IMG/VR virus record: IMGVR_UViG_3300014208_000027
Span: 32,001 to 96,000 of that record
Strand: one strand, 5' to 3'
Source of the DNA: a virus
Lineage: Duplodnaviria; Caudoviricetes
DNA: 64,000 bases
Shown: in pieces, positions 17,032-26,752 of the stretch
Layout of the letters: every line of letters starts with the position of its first letter
Position numbering within the stretch: position 1 is the stretch's first letter
Position numbers and translations under genes: made by a program
Notes under the pieces: model-generated
Told to the model about the DNA's origin: nothing
Database searches by the model: none
The model's input: the letters and a program-made list of their open reading frames with translations, nothing else

Positions 17032-17643
17032 ATGGCAACAAAGAAAATTGATGATACAATAAAAAAAACATTCGAAGAAGAACTCAATGTTATCTGTAAG
17101 CGCCATGAAAACAATGTAGCGCCTTGGGAAGTTGTAGCTGATCATCTTTGGCAAAGTTATAAAACATTTAGTGATACAGTTTTATGGCTTAAAAATGGAA
17201 GTTTTACCGAGGAACAAGAAAAAAAATGTCTTCTAGATTGCTGCAATACTAAAAAAGTTTTAGATAAGACTTCTGGTGTTGATGAAGTATTACTAGAAGA
17301 AAATTCTTTTCCACTTGTAGAAGATTATCAAGTTAAGCGTTATAATCGTGGGTATAGGGCTGGATATAGTGGAAAGTCTTTACCTTGGAATTTTACTAAA
17401 GAATACGTATTAGGGTTTGAAGATGGTAGAAATCAGTTAAAACTTGAAGAAGATAATAAAGTAGATTTCCAAAAGGAGCAAAAAAGTAAAAGTTACCAAC
17501 GAGGATATGACGCTGGTTATAATGGAGAGCCTTATAGGGGAAAGACAATCGATTATCAAGATGGATATGAATGGGGAGAAGCGGATTTTAAAGAAAATAA
17601 CAAAGACGGGAAAGTAAGTTCTGGAGTTATGTGGAAATTTTAG
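17032..17643 (+). CDS. Hypothetical protein with two Y.RGY..GY..G...Y..G repeats (RMF-like)
   Basis: YNRGYRAGYSG..EYVLGFEDG; YQRGYDAGYNG..DYQDGYEWG. Confidence 0.65.
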   Translation: MATKKIDDTIKKTFEEELNVICKRHENNVAPWEVVADHLWQSYKTFSDTVLWLKNGSFTEEQEKKCLLDCCNTKKVLDKTSGVDEVLLEENSFPLVEDYQVKRYNRGYRAGYSGKSLPWNFTKEYVLGFEDGRNQLKLEEDNKVDFQKEQKSKSYQRGYDAGYNGEPYRGKTIDYQDGYEWGEADFKENNKDGKVSSGVMWKF

Positions 17644-17662
17644 TTAATTTTGTAGGATACTG

Positions 17663-17983
17663 ATGAAAAACTTTTATTGTGAATGGTTTAATATATGCCA
17701 AAATGTAAAATTGTCTGAATCATTCATAGAGGAACACCAAGAAGAATTAGATTGGTCAATAGTATCTTCCTATCAAACTCTATCTGAAGACTTTATAGAG
17801 AAATTCAAAGATAAAGTGCATTGGGGACATATTTCAAGTAATCAATATTTGTCACAAGCCTTTATAGAACGATTTAAAAATAATGTAAATTGGGTGAATT
17901 TGTTTGCTAATAATAAGATATTGTTAAGAACTAGGCAATACTTCATGAATGAGTTTGTGCAAGGAAACAAAAAAGATGTCTAA
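17663..17983 (+). CDS. Tryptophan-repeat family protein
   Basis: Three ~23-aa repeats LS(E/Q).FIE.F...(D/H/N)W..(I/V)S..Q. Confidence 0.75.
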   Translation: MKNFYCEWFNICQNVKLSESFIEEHQEELDWSIVSSYQTLSEDFIEKFKDKVHWGHISSNQYLSQAFIERFKNNVNWVNLFANNKILLRTRQYFMNEFVQGNKKDV

Positions 17984-18305
17984 AAACGTAAAACAAAGAA
18001 AAATTTCCTTTGAGAGTGCACTTATAAATCTTTGCAAACAATATGAAGACGAATGGGATTGTCCATATTCTATTGTTTCTGAGCACCTTAGAAAAAATTT
18101 TATAACACTAAACGAAACGCTTCTTTTTCTGAAAAATAATACATCTTTTTTTAACCTACCTGTTTCAACCGTCATAGAAGACAAACACATTAAACGGTAT
18201 CAAAGAGGATATCAAGCGGCTTGGAAAGGTGGAAAATGTCTTGGCGATACGGAAGAATATAAAAAGGGCTATGAGGATGCAACACAAGAAAGTTTCTACT
18301 TTTAA
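17976..18305 (+). CDS. Paralogue of 17032..17643 with one RMF-like repeat
   Basis: Shared N-domain (FE..L..(I/L)CK..E...V..HL...T...L.(W/F)LKN) and YQRGYQA..G...EYKKGYEDA. Confidence 0.65.
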   Translation: MSKNVKQRKISFESALINLCKQYEDEWDCPYSIVSEHLRKNFITLNETLLFLKNNTSFFNLPVSTVIEDKHIKRYQRGYQAAWKGGKCLGDTEEYKKGYEDATQESFYF

Positions 18306-18323
18306 GTTTTAAGGGAAAATAAC

Positions 18324-20312
18324 ATGGCAAAGAAAAAAGTTTTACTTAAAGGACCAACCCTCGTTTTAGCAGGTTACGGACATCATTCGCGTACTGTACT
18401 AAGGTCATTACGAGCCTACGAAGATGTGTTCGACATTTACGTAGAACCACTAAACTGGGGGCATTGTTCGTGGCTCCATACTGATGATGAAGAAAGAAAA
18501 TATATTGATAGCCTGGTTATGAAGACTGCTCAATATCATCAAGTGAGTAATGGTAATCCTGAGTATGATATTATAGCGCATGTTTCAATTTTGGGAGAAT
18601 TTGAAAAAAAAGGTAGTGCTAGAATAGTTGGAATTACTGCTGGTGTTGAAAGTAATAAAATATCTCCTCAATGGCTTGAACGAACCCAAGTTTGTAACAA
18701 TATCATAACGATTTCTGAGCACGCTAAGAATGGTATAGTCAATACGACTTATGAAGCTAAAGACCAATTTGGTAACGTAGTAAAAGATTTTAAGTGTCAG
18801 ACACCAGTAAAAGTTATTGGTTATCCAGCTAATGCGTTTGAACCAGAACCTTTCCCAGAATTGGAACAAATTGATACAGATTTTAATTTTCTTACAATTT
18901 GCCAGTGGTCGCCAAGAAAGAACTTAGAGACGCTTATTTCTTCTTTTATTGAAGAACATCATGATAACTCTAATGTCGGGTTAGTATTAAAAGTAAATCT
19001 TGCTGCAAATTCTATAATTGACAGGACTCATACTGAGAATCGCTTGCAATATAATTTAAGCAAGTACCCCGATAAGAAGTGTAAAATTTATTTGATCCAC
19101 GGTGATTTGACTGAAAATAATCTTGCGGCTCTTTATTTGCATCCAAAAATTAAAGCTTATGTAAGTGTTGGACCGGAAGGATTCTGTTTACCTGCTTTTG
19201 ACGCTACCTTATATGGAATGCCTGTAATTACAATGCCTTGGGGTGGTTATACTGAATATTTGTATATGCCAATGAAGTCTAGCAAAGGGAAAGAATATAA
19301 TAAAGCTATGTTTGCTGAAATTGATTGGGAATTAAAGAAGATTCCTCAAGAAGCGGTTTGGGATGGGGTTTTGGTGGCTGATAGCTCATGGGGTGTAGTA
19401 AAGCCTGGAAGTTTGAAAGTTAGAATGAGGGATGTCCGAGGGTCATATCAAAAATACAAAGATATGGCTTTGAAGTTACAAGAGCATAATCTTGATAAGT
19501 TTAACGAAGAAAAAATCTATGCTGCCTATGCAAGTGAGATATTGGGAGAACCTATCAAACGGGTAACAATAGAAGAGTTGCCTGGAGTATCTCTTTTTAC
19601 TTCAGTATTTAGGTCAAAGTTGTATTTAGAGAATTTTTTCCAGGAAATGTCCAAACAAACTATTTTTAACAAATGTGAAATTTTACTTGGCCATCCAAAA
19701 ACCAGCCCAGATTTTGAGGAAGAGAAAAAAATAATTGACAGGTATATGGCTAAGCACAGTAACATCAGCTATTATGAACTAGAAGAAGATCCTGGTCTTT
19801 ATGGTGTATGGAATTATTTAATTCCTAAGACAAAATATGATATTATTAGTAATGCCAACACAGATGATGTTAGATCATATGACTGCTTAGAGAAGTGCAG
19901 TAGAGAGCTATATCTTAATCCAGAAGTCGATAGTTTGTACTTCGATCAAAAAATAACAAATGTTCCAAATCAGAATTTTTATGAAAACTCTTCAGAAGGT
20001 AGACAATATACTTTTGCGGAGTACTCTTTTGCTTATCTAAAAATGATGAATTTGACTTTTCACGCTATGCCTGTATATAGGAAGAGTATGCATGATAGGT
20101 GGGGTATGTATGATGCAAAGTATAAATCTAGCGGTGATTGGTGTTTTGCGTTAACTTGCGGCGCTGGTGGAGCAAAATTTAAAAAAATGGGAGAAGTTTT
20201 AGGTTTATATCTATTCAATGAGGTAGGTATCTCTACAAATCCGGCTAATTTTTCCTGGAAGCAACTTGAAGAAAAAGAAGTGTTTGAAAAATTTAAAGAT
20301 ATTAACTTATAG
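18324..20312 (+). CDS. Bifunctional glycosyltransferase (GT4-like N-domain + GT2 C-domain)
   Basis: GYG.HSR, RKNLE.L, EGFCLP.FDA..YG.PVI; C-domain ANTDD (DxD), FD..Y.SSGDW. Confidence 0.85.
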   Translation: MAKKKVLLKGPTLVLAGYGHHSRTVLRSLRAYEDVFDIYVEPLNWGHCSWLHTDDEERKYIDSLVMKTAQYHQVSNGNPEYDIIAHVSILGEFEKKGSARIVGITAGVESNKISPQWLERTQVCNNIITISEHAKNGIVNTTYEAKDQFGNVVKDFKCQTPVKVIGYPANAFEPEPFPELEQIDTDFNFLTICQWSPRKNLETLISSFIEEHHDNSNVGLVLKVNLAANSIIDRTHTENRLQYNLSKYPDKKCKIYLIHGDLTENNLAALYLHPKIKAYVSVGPEGFCLPAFDATLYGMPVITMPWGGYTEYLYMPMKSSKGKEYNKAMFAEIDWELKKIPQEAVWDGVLVADSSWGVVKPGSLKVRMRDVRGSYQKYKDMALKLQEHNLDKFNEEKIYAAYASEILGEPIKRVTIEELPGVSLFTSVFRSKLYLENFFQEMSKQTIFNKCEILLGHPKTSPDFEEEKKIIDRYMAKHSNISYYELEEDPGLYGVWNYLIPKTKYDIISNANTDDVRSYDCLEKCSRELYLNPEVDSLYFDQKITNVPNQNFYENSSEGRQYTFAEYSFAYLKMMNLTFHAMPVYRKSMHDRWGMYDAKYKSSGDWCFALTCGAGGAKFKKMGEVLGLYLFNEVGISTNPANFSWKQLEEKEVFEKFKDINL

Positions 20313-20352
20313 TAACGAAAAACATAACCTTTTGCAATCATTATCGTGACCC

Positions 20353-21750
20353 ATGCCGCTTACTAAAAGTAATAATGTTGCCAGTTACTCTTTATGGGGT
20401 TGTAATCCTAAATATTTAATCGGTGCGCTAGAAAATGCTCGTTTAATTCCTAAAATTTATGAAGGGTTTTCTACACGTTTTTTTGTTGATAATTTAGTAC
20501 CTACTTCTATTATTTATCAACTCAAAGATCACGGCGCCGAAATTATTTTTACTAACGAGTTTGGCACCGCTCGTAACGGTATGTTTTGGAGGTTCAAATT
20601 TCTTCCTAATGATGATATTGTCCTTGTCAGAGATTGTGATTCTAGACCTTCAGAGCGTGAATTTGCTTGCTACACTCATTGGTTAACCACAGATAAAAAT
20701 GTTTCTACTATTGTAGACCATCCGTATCATCAAGAGTTTGTCCTTCCAGGACTTATGAATTTTAAAGCTCAGCATTTTTTAAATCTTTATGATACACTTG
20801 TCAATGTCTCTAAAAATATTGAGTATGGCGTAGATTATCAGGCATTTAGAGATATTTCCCATATCATTTCCCCGCAATTGATAACTTATGGCCGTGATGT
20901 AAAAATTCTTCATAAGCGAAACAAATTACATTTCGTGGGTGAGGTTTTCAACGCCGATGGTTCTAATGTTCAAGCCCATACTGATGCTTTACGTCACCAC
21001 CTTGATCAGTCAGAATCTCATTTATATATTTACCATCATCTCGGTCTAGGTGATTGCTTTGACCTTAACGCAGCAGTTCGTATTTTATTAGATCAGCATA
21101 ATCTTGAGCGCGTCTATGTCTTTTGTAAGCGCAAGTTTGAGAAAATTATTTCTTATATGTATCGTGATAATACTTCTATTATAGTACTTCCTATTGATGC
21201 TGATACTTATGAACAAGAAGTTAAAAATGTCTCTACTACAATTGGTAACGACCCTAATTTTTTAATCATTGGTCATAATAATTATCAGGCTCATGGTGGT
21301 AGAGAGAAAGAGCTTGGTAAGGCATGTGCAGAACTATTTTATGAACAAATTGGTATTCCTTTTGAACGCCGTTTTACAGACTGGAAATTTGAACGTGATT
21401 TACTAGAAGAAGAACGTGTCTTTAATAAGTTAAATCCTACAGGTGAAGATTATATATTTGTTCATCATGACCCTTCAAGAGGTTTTACGATTCCAGATAA
21501 AAAAATATTTGACATTTACGGAAAATCTGTTAAACTCGTTTATAACGATATGAGTGAAAACCCTCTACACTTTTTTAAGATTTTAGAAGAAGCTAAACAA
21601 ATTCATAGCATGGAAAGTTCTTTTAAATCGTTAATAGAAGTGTTAGAATTTAAAAAAGATGTATGGTTTCACAACTTTAGGCCCGGAGCTAGTTCATTTC
21701 TTGGCAAAACAAGACAAAATTGGAAAGAGATAACATATGCCAACGTATAG
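20353..21750 (+). CDS. Two-domain putative glycosyltransferase
   Basis: N: SYSLWG, MFWRF, VRDCDSR, DHPYH; C: HHLGLGD, YMYRD, ESSF (GT-B-like). Confidence 0.65.
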   Translation: MPLTKSNNVASYSLWGCNPKYLIGALENARLIPKIYEGFSTRFFVDNLVPTSIIYQLKDHGAEIIFTNEFGTARNGMFWRFKFLPNDDIVLVRDCDSRPSEREFACYTHWLTTDKNVSTIVDHPYHQEFVLPGLMNFKAQHFLNLYDTLVNVSKNIEYGVDYQAFRDISHIISPQLITYGRDVKILHKRNKLHFVGEVFNADGSNVQAHTDALRHHLDQSESHLYIYHHLGLGDCFDLNAAVRILLDQHNLERVYVFCKRKFEKIISYMYRDNTSIIVLPIDADTYEQEVKNVSTTIGNDPNFLIIGHNNYQAHGGREKELGKACAELFYEQIGIPFERRFTDWKFERDLLEEERVFNKLNPTGEDYIFVHHDPSRGFTIPDKKIFDIYGKSVKLVYNDMSENPLHFFKILEEAKQIHSMESSFKSLIEVLEFKKDVWFHNFRPGASSFLGKTRQNWKEITYANV

Positions 21751-22042
21751 ATATGGATCAGTAATTTCAAGTTTAGAATTGACAACTAAAGATACTGTTC
21801 CTGGTTCTAACACTTTGAATGGTGAGATTCAGATTACTCATCACCAAGATCAAATTTTTATTGTGTCTTCTAAACAACCAATAGATTTAGATATTCCAGT
21901 TAAAAAATTAGGGCGACTACCACAAATTGATCTTACCATGGAAACTTATGTAAATCTTTCATCACTTTCTAATGATTTACAAGCTAAAGTTCGTGAAGAA
22001 CTGAAAGTACGCCGTGAAGTTAATGTCAGTCAAGAAACTTAA
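21737..22042 (+). CDS. Hypothetical protein
   Basis: Overlapping in-operon ORF. Confidence 0.6.
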   Translation: MPTYRYGSVISSLELTTKDTVPGSNTLNGEIQITHHQDQIFIVSSKQPIDLDIPVKKLGRLPQIDLTMETYVNLSSLSNDLQAKVREELKVRREVNVSQET

Positions 22043-22286
22043 ATACTTCACTTATGGCTTTGGTCCTCTCAACTATTCTCCAGAGCCAGGATCGGTTGAG
22101 TATGACTACTATCATTTCACAGAGAAAAATAGTGAGTTTTATAAAGTAAACTTTGACGGTGAAACATTTGATTGTTACATTGCTAATCCTAAAGAATTTT
22201 CACGCCTCAAAAATGAAGGAAAAATAGTCTCTACCTATGATAATGGGCTTGGAAAAGTATATCAAGTCAATCACAAATTGATGTAG
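22023..22286 (+). CDS. Hypothetical protein (start set at ATG 22023)
   Basis: In-operon ORF. Confidence 0.55.
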   Translation: MSVKKLKYFTYGFGPLNYSPEPGSVEYDYYHFTEKNSEFYKVNFDGETFDCYIANPKEFSRLKNEGKIVSTYDNGLGKVYQVNHKLM

Positions 22287-22295
22287 AGGTTCACA

Positions 22296-22451
22296 ATGCA
22301 TACTTATCGCAAACAATTAGAAGAAATTAAAAAAGGTACTCTTGATTGTACAAAACTTCTTGAACTTGCAGAATCTATGTTATTAAGTTTAGAAGAAGCA
22401 GATGAAGAAATTGAGTATTTGCAAGATGAGATTGGGTACCTCAATGCTTGA
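22296..22451 (+). CDS. 51-aa acidic coiled-coil protein (not in track)
   Basis: SD GAGG; MHTYRKQLEEIKKG...DEIGYLNA; stop overlaps next ATG. Confidence 0.6.
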   Translation: MHTYRKQLEEIKKGTLDCTKLLELAESMLLSLEEADEEIEYLQDEIGYLNA

Positions 22452-23340
22452 TAATAATACTTTAATTTGTTATAATATTTGGCCATTGTTTGCCGATCAT
22501 ATTCTTGATTATTCTAAAGAATATTATAAGCATTATGGTGTTGAACGTCTTCATAATAAAGATAATTTTATTCCTGAAAACGTTAAAGAAGGTGAGATTG
22601 TTTTTGTTAAAACCGATTTTATTGCTGATGGAACTTTCTATCAACATTTTTTCCCGGGCATAAAGAATAAGTTTAAATTGATAACTGGGAATTCTTCTTA
22701 TCAGCTTGGAAATCATACTCCACTTGATCAACTTAAATCAATTTTAGATAGTCCTAAACTTATTACTTGGTTTTGTACAAATCCACCAGACCTAAAACAC
22801 GAGAAAATAGTTAGTTTGCCAATAGGTTTTGAAGAGATGAGTCGTGCAGGTGGCAATCAGCTTTTACTAAATAATGCTCGTAAACGTCAACGATATTTTT
22901 GGCACAAGGAAGATAAAGTTTTCCTTCCTTATCATGGCTCTACTAATCCTCAACGCGCCTCACAAGTTAATTTTCTTTCTTCCTTTGAATTTGTCAAAGC
23001 ACAACATGAAAAGCAAGATATTTTAGATTATTTAAATGATATTGATAAGTATAAATTTGTGATATGCCTTGGAGGCGCTGGTAACGATCTTCATCGTATT
23101 TACGAAACTTATCTTATGGGAAGTATTCCTATTGTTCAAAAATCTTCTCTAGAAAAACTCTTTTCATTTTATGACTTACCCGTTGTAATGGTTGATAGAT
23201 GGGAAAATTTTGATAAGTTGTTAATTGCTACCTATAGAGCGTATTCTCCAGGCGACGTACTCGTTAAAAAACTAGAGAATGTAGGTAGATTTTTAATGGC
23301 GTGTAATTATAAAAATCTCTTTGAAACAGGAAATTTTTAA
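22444..23340 (+). CDS. Exostosin/GT47-like glycosyltransferase (start set at ATG 22444)
   Basis: SLPIGF, YKFVICL.GAG.DLHRIYE..LMGSIPIV. Confidence 0.7.
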   Translation: MLDNNTLICYNIWPLFADHILDYSKEYYKHYGVERLHNKDNFIPENVKEGEIVFVKTDFIADGTFYQHFFPGIKNKFKLITGNSSYQLGNHTPLDQLKSILDSPKLITWFCTNPPDLKHEKIVSLPIGFEEMSRAGGNQLLLNNARKRQRYFWHKEDKVFLPYHGSTNPQRASQVNFLSSFEFVKAQHEKQDILDYLNDIDKYKFVICLGGAGNDLHRIYETYLMGSIPIVQKSSLEKLFSFYDLPVVMVDRWENFDKLLIATYRAYSPGDVLVKKLENVGRFLMACNYKNLFETGNF

Positions 23341-23741
23341 TGCTGATAGATGTTTCTATTGGTGAAGTATTTGATAAAGTAACGATTTTAGAAATTAAAC
23401 GAGAAAGAATAAAAGATATTGGTAAATTGTTTCACATTGAATACGAATTAAATATTCTTAATGAAACTTTGAGAAATTCTTTTAAAAAAGATTCCCCTAC
23501 ATTTCCAGAAGAACTTTACAATTCTCTCAAGTTAGTAAACGAACAACTTTGGGATCTTGAAGATGTTCTCCGGGAAAAAGAAAAAAATAAGTGTTATGAT
23601 GAAGAGTTTATTAAGTGTGCAGAAGGAGATTCTGTTCTAAATGATAAAAGGTTTCTTATTAAGAATGAAATAAATAATTGGTTTAAATCTGACATTAAAG
23701 AACAAAAGAGCTATAAGCATTTAGATTATAAAAATGAGTAA
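23340..23741 (+). CDS. DUF6165-like protein typical of glycan loci
   Basis: VSIGE..DK.TILEIK...N..LWDLED..R...ND.RF.IK..IN. Confidence 0.7.
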   Translation: MLIDVSIGEVFDKVTILEIKRERIKDIGKLFHIEYELNILNETLRNSFKKDSPTFPEELYNSLKLVNEQLWDLEDVLREKEKNKCYDEEFIKCAEGDSVLNDKRFLIKNEINNWFKSDIKEQKSYKHLDYKNE

Positions 23742-24843
23742 AAAAATGATTCCTCAGATTCAGCCTTATTTTGATCGTTCTGAATGGAAAGAAGTTAAAA
23801 AGGTTCTACGGTCAACCTATCTGACAGAAAATAAGGCTACTGAGACCCTTGAGGAGATGTTTTGTACTTATACAGGTGCCAAGTATGCTATCGCTGTTAA
23901 TAACGCCACTGTGGGGCTATACTGTTGCTTAAAGGCACTTGGTATTGGTGATAATCCTGATGATGAAGTAATTGTACCAAACTTAACTTTTATTGCTACT
24001 GCTAATGCTGTTTTAATGGCTGGTGCAAAAGTAGTTTTACATGACGTTAATTCTTATACATGTCAATTAAGTGTTGATGGGTTAGAAGAAAAAATAAATA
24101 AAAATACTAAAGCAATTATTCCTGTTCATTTATATGGTTATGCTGCCGAGATTGACACCATAAATGATATATGCGAAAGAAATTATATTTTTTGCATTGA
24201 AGATGCGGCACAAGCACTAGGTGTTCTTTATAAGGATAGACATGTAGGAACGCTTGGTACTTTTGGAGTTATTTCTTTATATGGTAACAAGAGTATTACT
24301 ACTGGTGAAGGTGGGATAATTCTTACAAACAGTGAAGAATTGTATAAGAAATGTTATCGTCTTAAAAATCATGGCAGAGAGAAGAAAGGTGTATTTATTC
24401 ATGAAGAGATAGGATACAATTTTTGCTTTACTGATTTGCAAGCTGCAATTGGTATTGCTCAAATGAATAAGTATGATAAAATTCTGAAGAGGAAAGAAGA
24501 AATTTTTCTTAACTATTGTAAAGGATTTGAAGGCATAGAAGAAATTGAATATTTTGATGAGAAAAATACAACTCCAAATTATTGGTTTTCATCATTTAAG
24601 TTCTCCAAAAGTACATCCTTAAAGTTTTATCTTGAAAAAAATGGAATTCAAACAAGAGATTTTTTCTACCCTTTAAGCCTACAACCTTGTTACAAAAACA
24701 GGGAAGATGTTATTATAGATGGTGATTCATTAAACAGTTGTAAGTTATATTCACAAAGTTTATCACTTCCATCATCTTTTAACTTGACAAATAGGCAACA
24801 AAAATATATTATAAGACGCATAAAGGAATTTTACGATACGTGA
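23734..24843 (+). CDS. DegT/DnrJ PLP aminotransferase, GDP-perosamine synthase-like
   Basis: NATVGL, TFIATANA, EDAAQA.G, SLYGNKSITTGEGG (PLP Lys kept). Confidence 0.85.
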   Translation: MSKKMIPQIQPYFDRSEWKEVKKVLRSTYLTENKATETLEEMFCTYTGAKYAIAVNNATVGLYCCLKALGIGDNPDDEVIVPNLTFIATANAVLMAGAKVVLHDVNSYTCQLSVDGLEEKINKNTKAIIPVHLYGYAAEIDTINDICERNYIFCIEDAAQALGVLYKDRHVGTLGTFGVISLYGNKSITTGEGGIILTNSEELYKKCYRLKNHGREKKGVFIHEEIGYNFCFTDLQAAIGIAQMNKYDKILKRKEEIFLNYCKGFEGIEEIEYFDEKNTTPNYWFSSFKFSKSTSLKFYLEKNGIQTRDFFYPLSLQPCYKNREDVIIDGDSLNSCKLYSQSLSLPSSFNLTNRQQKYIIRRIKEFYDT

Positions 24844-26018
24844 TTAAGCTTGTTCAAAATTCTATATCGAAAGAAGAAATAAATTCCCTTTGTGAGTGGT
24901 TACAAACAGATCCGCGTCTCACTAAAGGGGAGTTAACTGTTCAATTTGAAAAAGAATTTGCAGAATTTGTTGGATCTAAGCATGCTGTTTTTGTCAATTC
25001 AGGTTCTTCTGCTAACTTGATAGCGTTGTATACTCTTTTATTGCGTTATTTTCCAGACTACCAAGAATATAGGGAAAAAATAAAAGTTATTGTTCCTGCT
25101 CTTTCTTGGATCACTACTGTAAGCCCGGTAATTCAATTTGGAATGCAACCGATTCTTTGCGATTGTGATAGAGCAACTCTTGGGTTAGATGTTGAGCACC
25201 TAGAAAGATTAATACTTCAACACAATCCGAAAGTTGTTATGTGTGTACATGTTTTGGGTTGGCCAGCAGATATTGTTAAAATTAGAAATATGTGTGAACA
25301 CTATGGCGCACTTTTGATTGAAGATACATGCGAAAGCATGGGTTGTCGGTGGAATAATAAGTGTCTTGGAACAGCAGGAAATGTTGGTACGTATTCTTTT
25401 TATTATGGTCATTTAGCTACCACTATTGAAGGTGGAATGCTTGTGACTAATGATGAAGCAATATATGATCTCGCTATTATGCTTCGTTCCCATTCTTGGC
25501 TTCGTGAATTTTCCGCAGAGAAACAAAAAAAACTTTATGATTTGTATGGGTTAGACGAATTTCAAGGATTATTTTCTTTCTTCTTTCCAGGGTTTAATCT
25601 TCGGTCAACGGATTTACAAGCTTTTCTAGGCTTGGGTCAATTAAAAAGACTTCCTGCGATGAATGAACAACGCATGGAAAATACAAAATTATATGATAGG
25701 CTAATTGAGAATGATTTTTGGAAAGTGAACATGTCAAGAGAAGCTTATACGGCTAGTCAGGCATATCCAATTATTACAAGGACTCCAAAACAAAGGAAAA
25801 AAATAGTTGAAGATTTAAAGGAAAATGGAGTTGAAACTAGACCATTGATTGCAGGTTCAATAGGAAGACAACCGTTTTGGATTGACAGATTTGGAGTTAC
25901 TAATTTAAAGATGGCGGATCTTGTTCATAACAATGGACTCTACGTACCGAACAATCATCAAATTACTGAAGAAGAAATAAAAAAAGTTTGCAGCGTTGTT
26001 AATAGGAACATTTTATGA
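24840..26018 (+). CDS. ColD-like sugar-nucleotide 3-dehydratase (DegT fold, Lys-to-His)
   Basis: NSGSSANL, EDTCES.G, SFYYGHLATTIEGGM (His at the Lys position). Confidence 0.8.
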   Translation: MIKLVQNSISKEEINSLCEWLQTDPRLTKGELTVQFEKEFAEFVGSKHAVFVNSGSSANLIALYTLLLRYFPDYQEYREKIKVIVPALSWITTVSPVIQFGMQPILCDCDRATLGLDVEHLERLILQHNPKVVMCVHVLGWPADIVKIRNMCEHYGALLIEDTCESMGCRWNNKCLGTAGNVGTYSFYYGHLATTIEGGMLVTNDEAIYDLAIMLRSHSWLREFSAEKQKKLYDLYGLDEFQGLFSFFFPGFNLRSTDLQAFLGLGQLKRLPAMNEQRMENTKLYDRLIENDFWKVNMSREAYTASQAYPIITRTPKQRKKIVEDLKENGVETRPLIAGSIGRQPFWIDRFGVTNLKMADLVHNNGLYVPNNHQITEEEIKKVCSVVNRNIL

Positions 26019-26752
26019 TACACAATGAAGAAAAGTTTATTTTATCTAGAGGAAAGAAAAAACTTGTTTCTGTTTTAATCCCGTCTAGAGGTAGAATTGA
26101 TAAGTTATTAGAAGTTATTGATAATGTTGTTGAGAAGAGTGCAGATGTTAATAAAATTGAGATATTGATTAGGTTTGATTCAGATGATTTTCAGAGTATT
26201 GAAAAAATAAAAGATCTACCATTTAATAAAGTGGATATATATGTTTTAATTGGAGAAAGATTTAGGGGATATAGAGACTTACATTTCTTCGTTAATGAAT
26301 TAAGTTCTTTGTCAAGAGGCGAGTTTATTTTTCTTTTCAACGATGATTCCTATATTGTTTCAGAGAAGTGGGAAAATAATTTGGAACCATTTTCTAATCA
26401 AGTAGTCATTCTTAAGCCAGAAACAAAGGATGATGCTTCAAATTATAATACCTTCCCAATAATTAACAGAAGTGTTTTTGAAATTTTACATCATTTTTCT
26501 TTACAAACTCACAATGACACATGGATGCAAGAAATTGGAAGAAATTTAAACATTGAACGTTCTTTGTACGGGTTAGAAATTTTTCATGATCGCCCTGACA
26601 ATCCAAATAAGAAAACTTTAGAGGAAGATGAGACCTGGGTAAATGGTAGAAAAACGTGGAATACTTCTAGGGTTGAATTTGATGAGGGAAAGTATCAAAT
26701 TCTAAGACAACAAGATATAATGGATATATTAAATTACTATAAGTCCAAATGA
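26015..26752 (+). CDS. Glycosyltransferase GT2-like (GT-A)
   Basis: SVLIPSRGR, FDSDD, FNDD, NDTW. Confidence 0.8.
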   Translation: MIHNEEKFILSRGKKKLVSVLIPSRGRIDKLLEVIDNVVEKSADVNKIEILIRFDSDDFQSIEKIKDLPFNKVDIYVLIGERFRGYRDLHFFVNELSSLSRGEFIFLFNDDSYIVSEKWENNLEPFSNQVVILKPETKDDASNYNTFPIINRSVFEILHHFSLQTHNDTWMQEIGRNLNIERSLYGLEIFHDRPDNPNKKTLEEDETWVNGRKTWNTSRVEFDEGKYQILRQQDIMDILNYYKSK

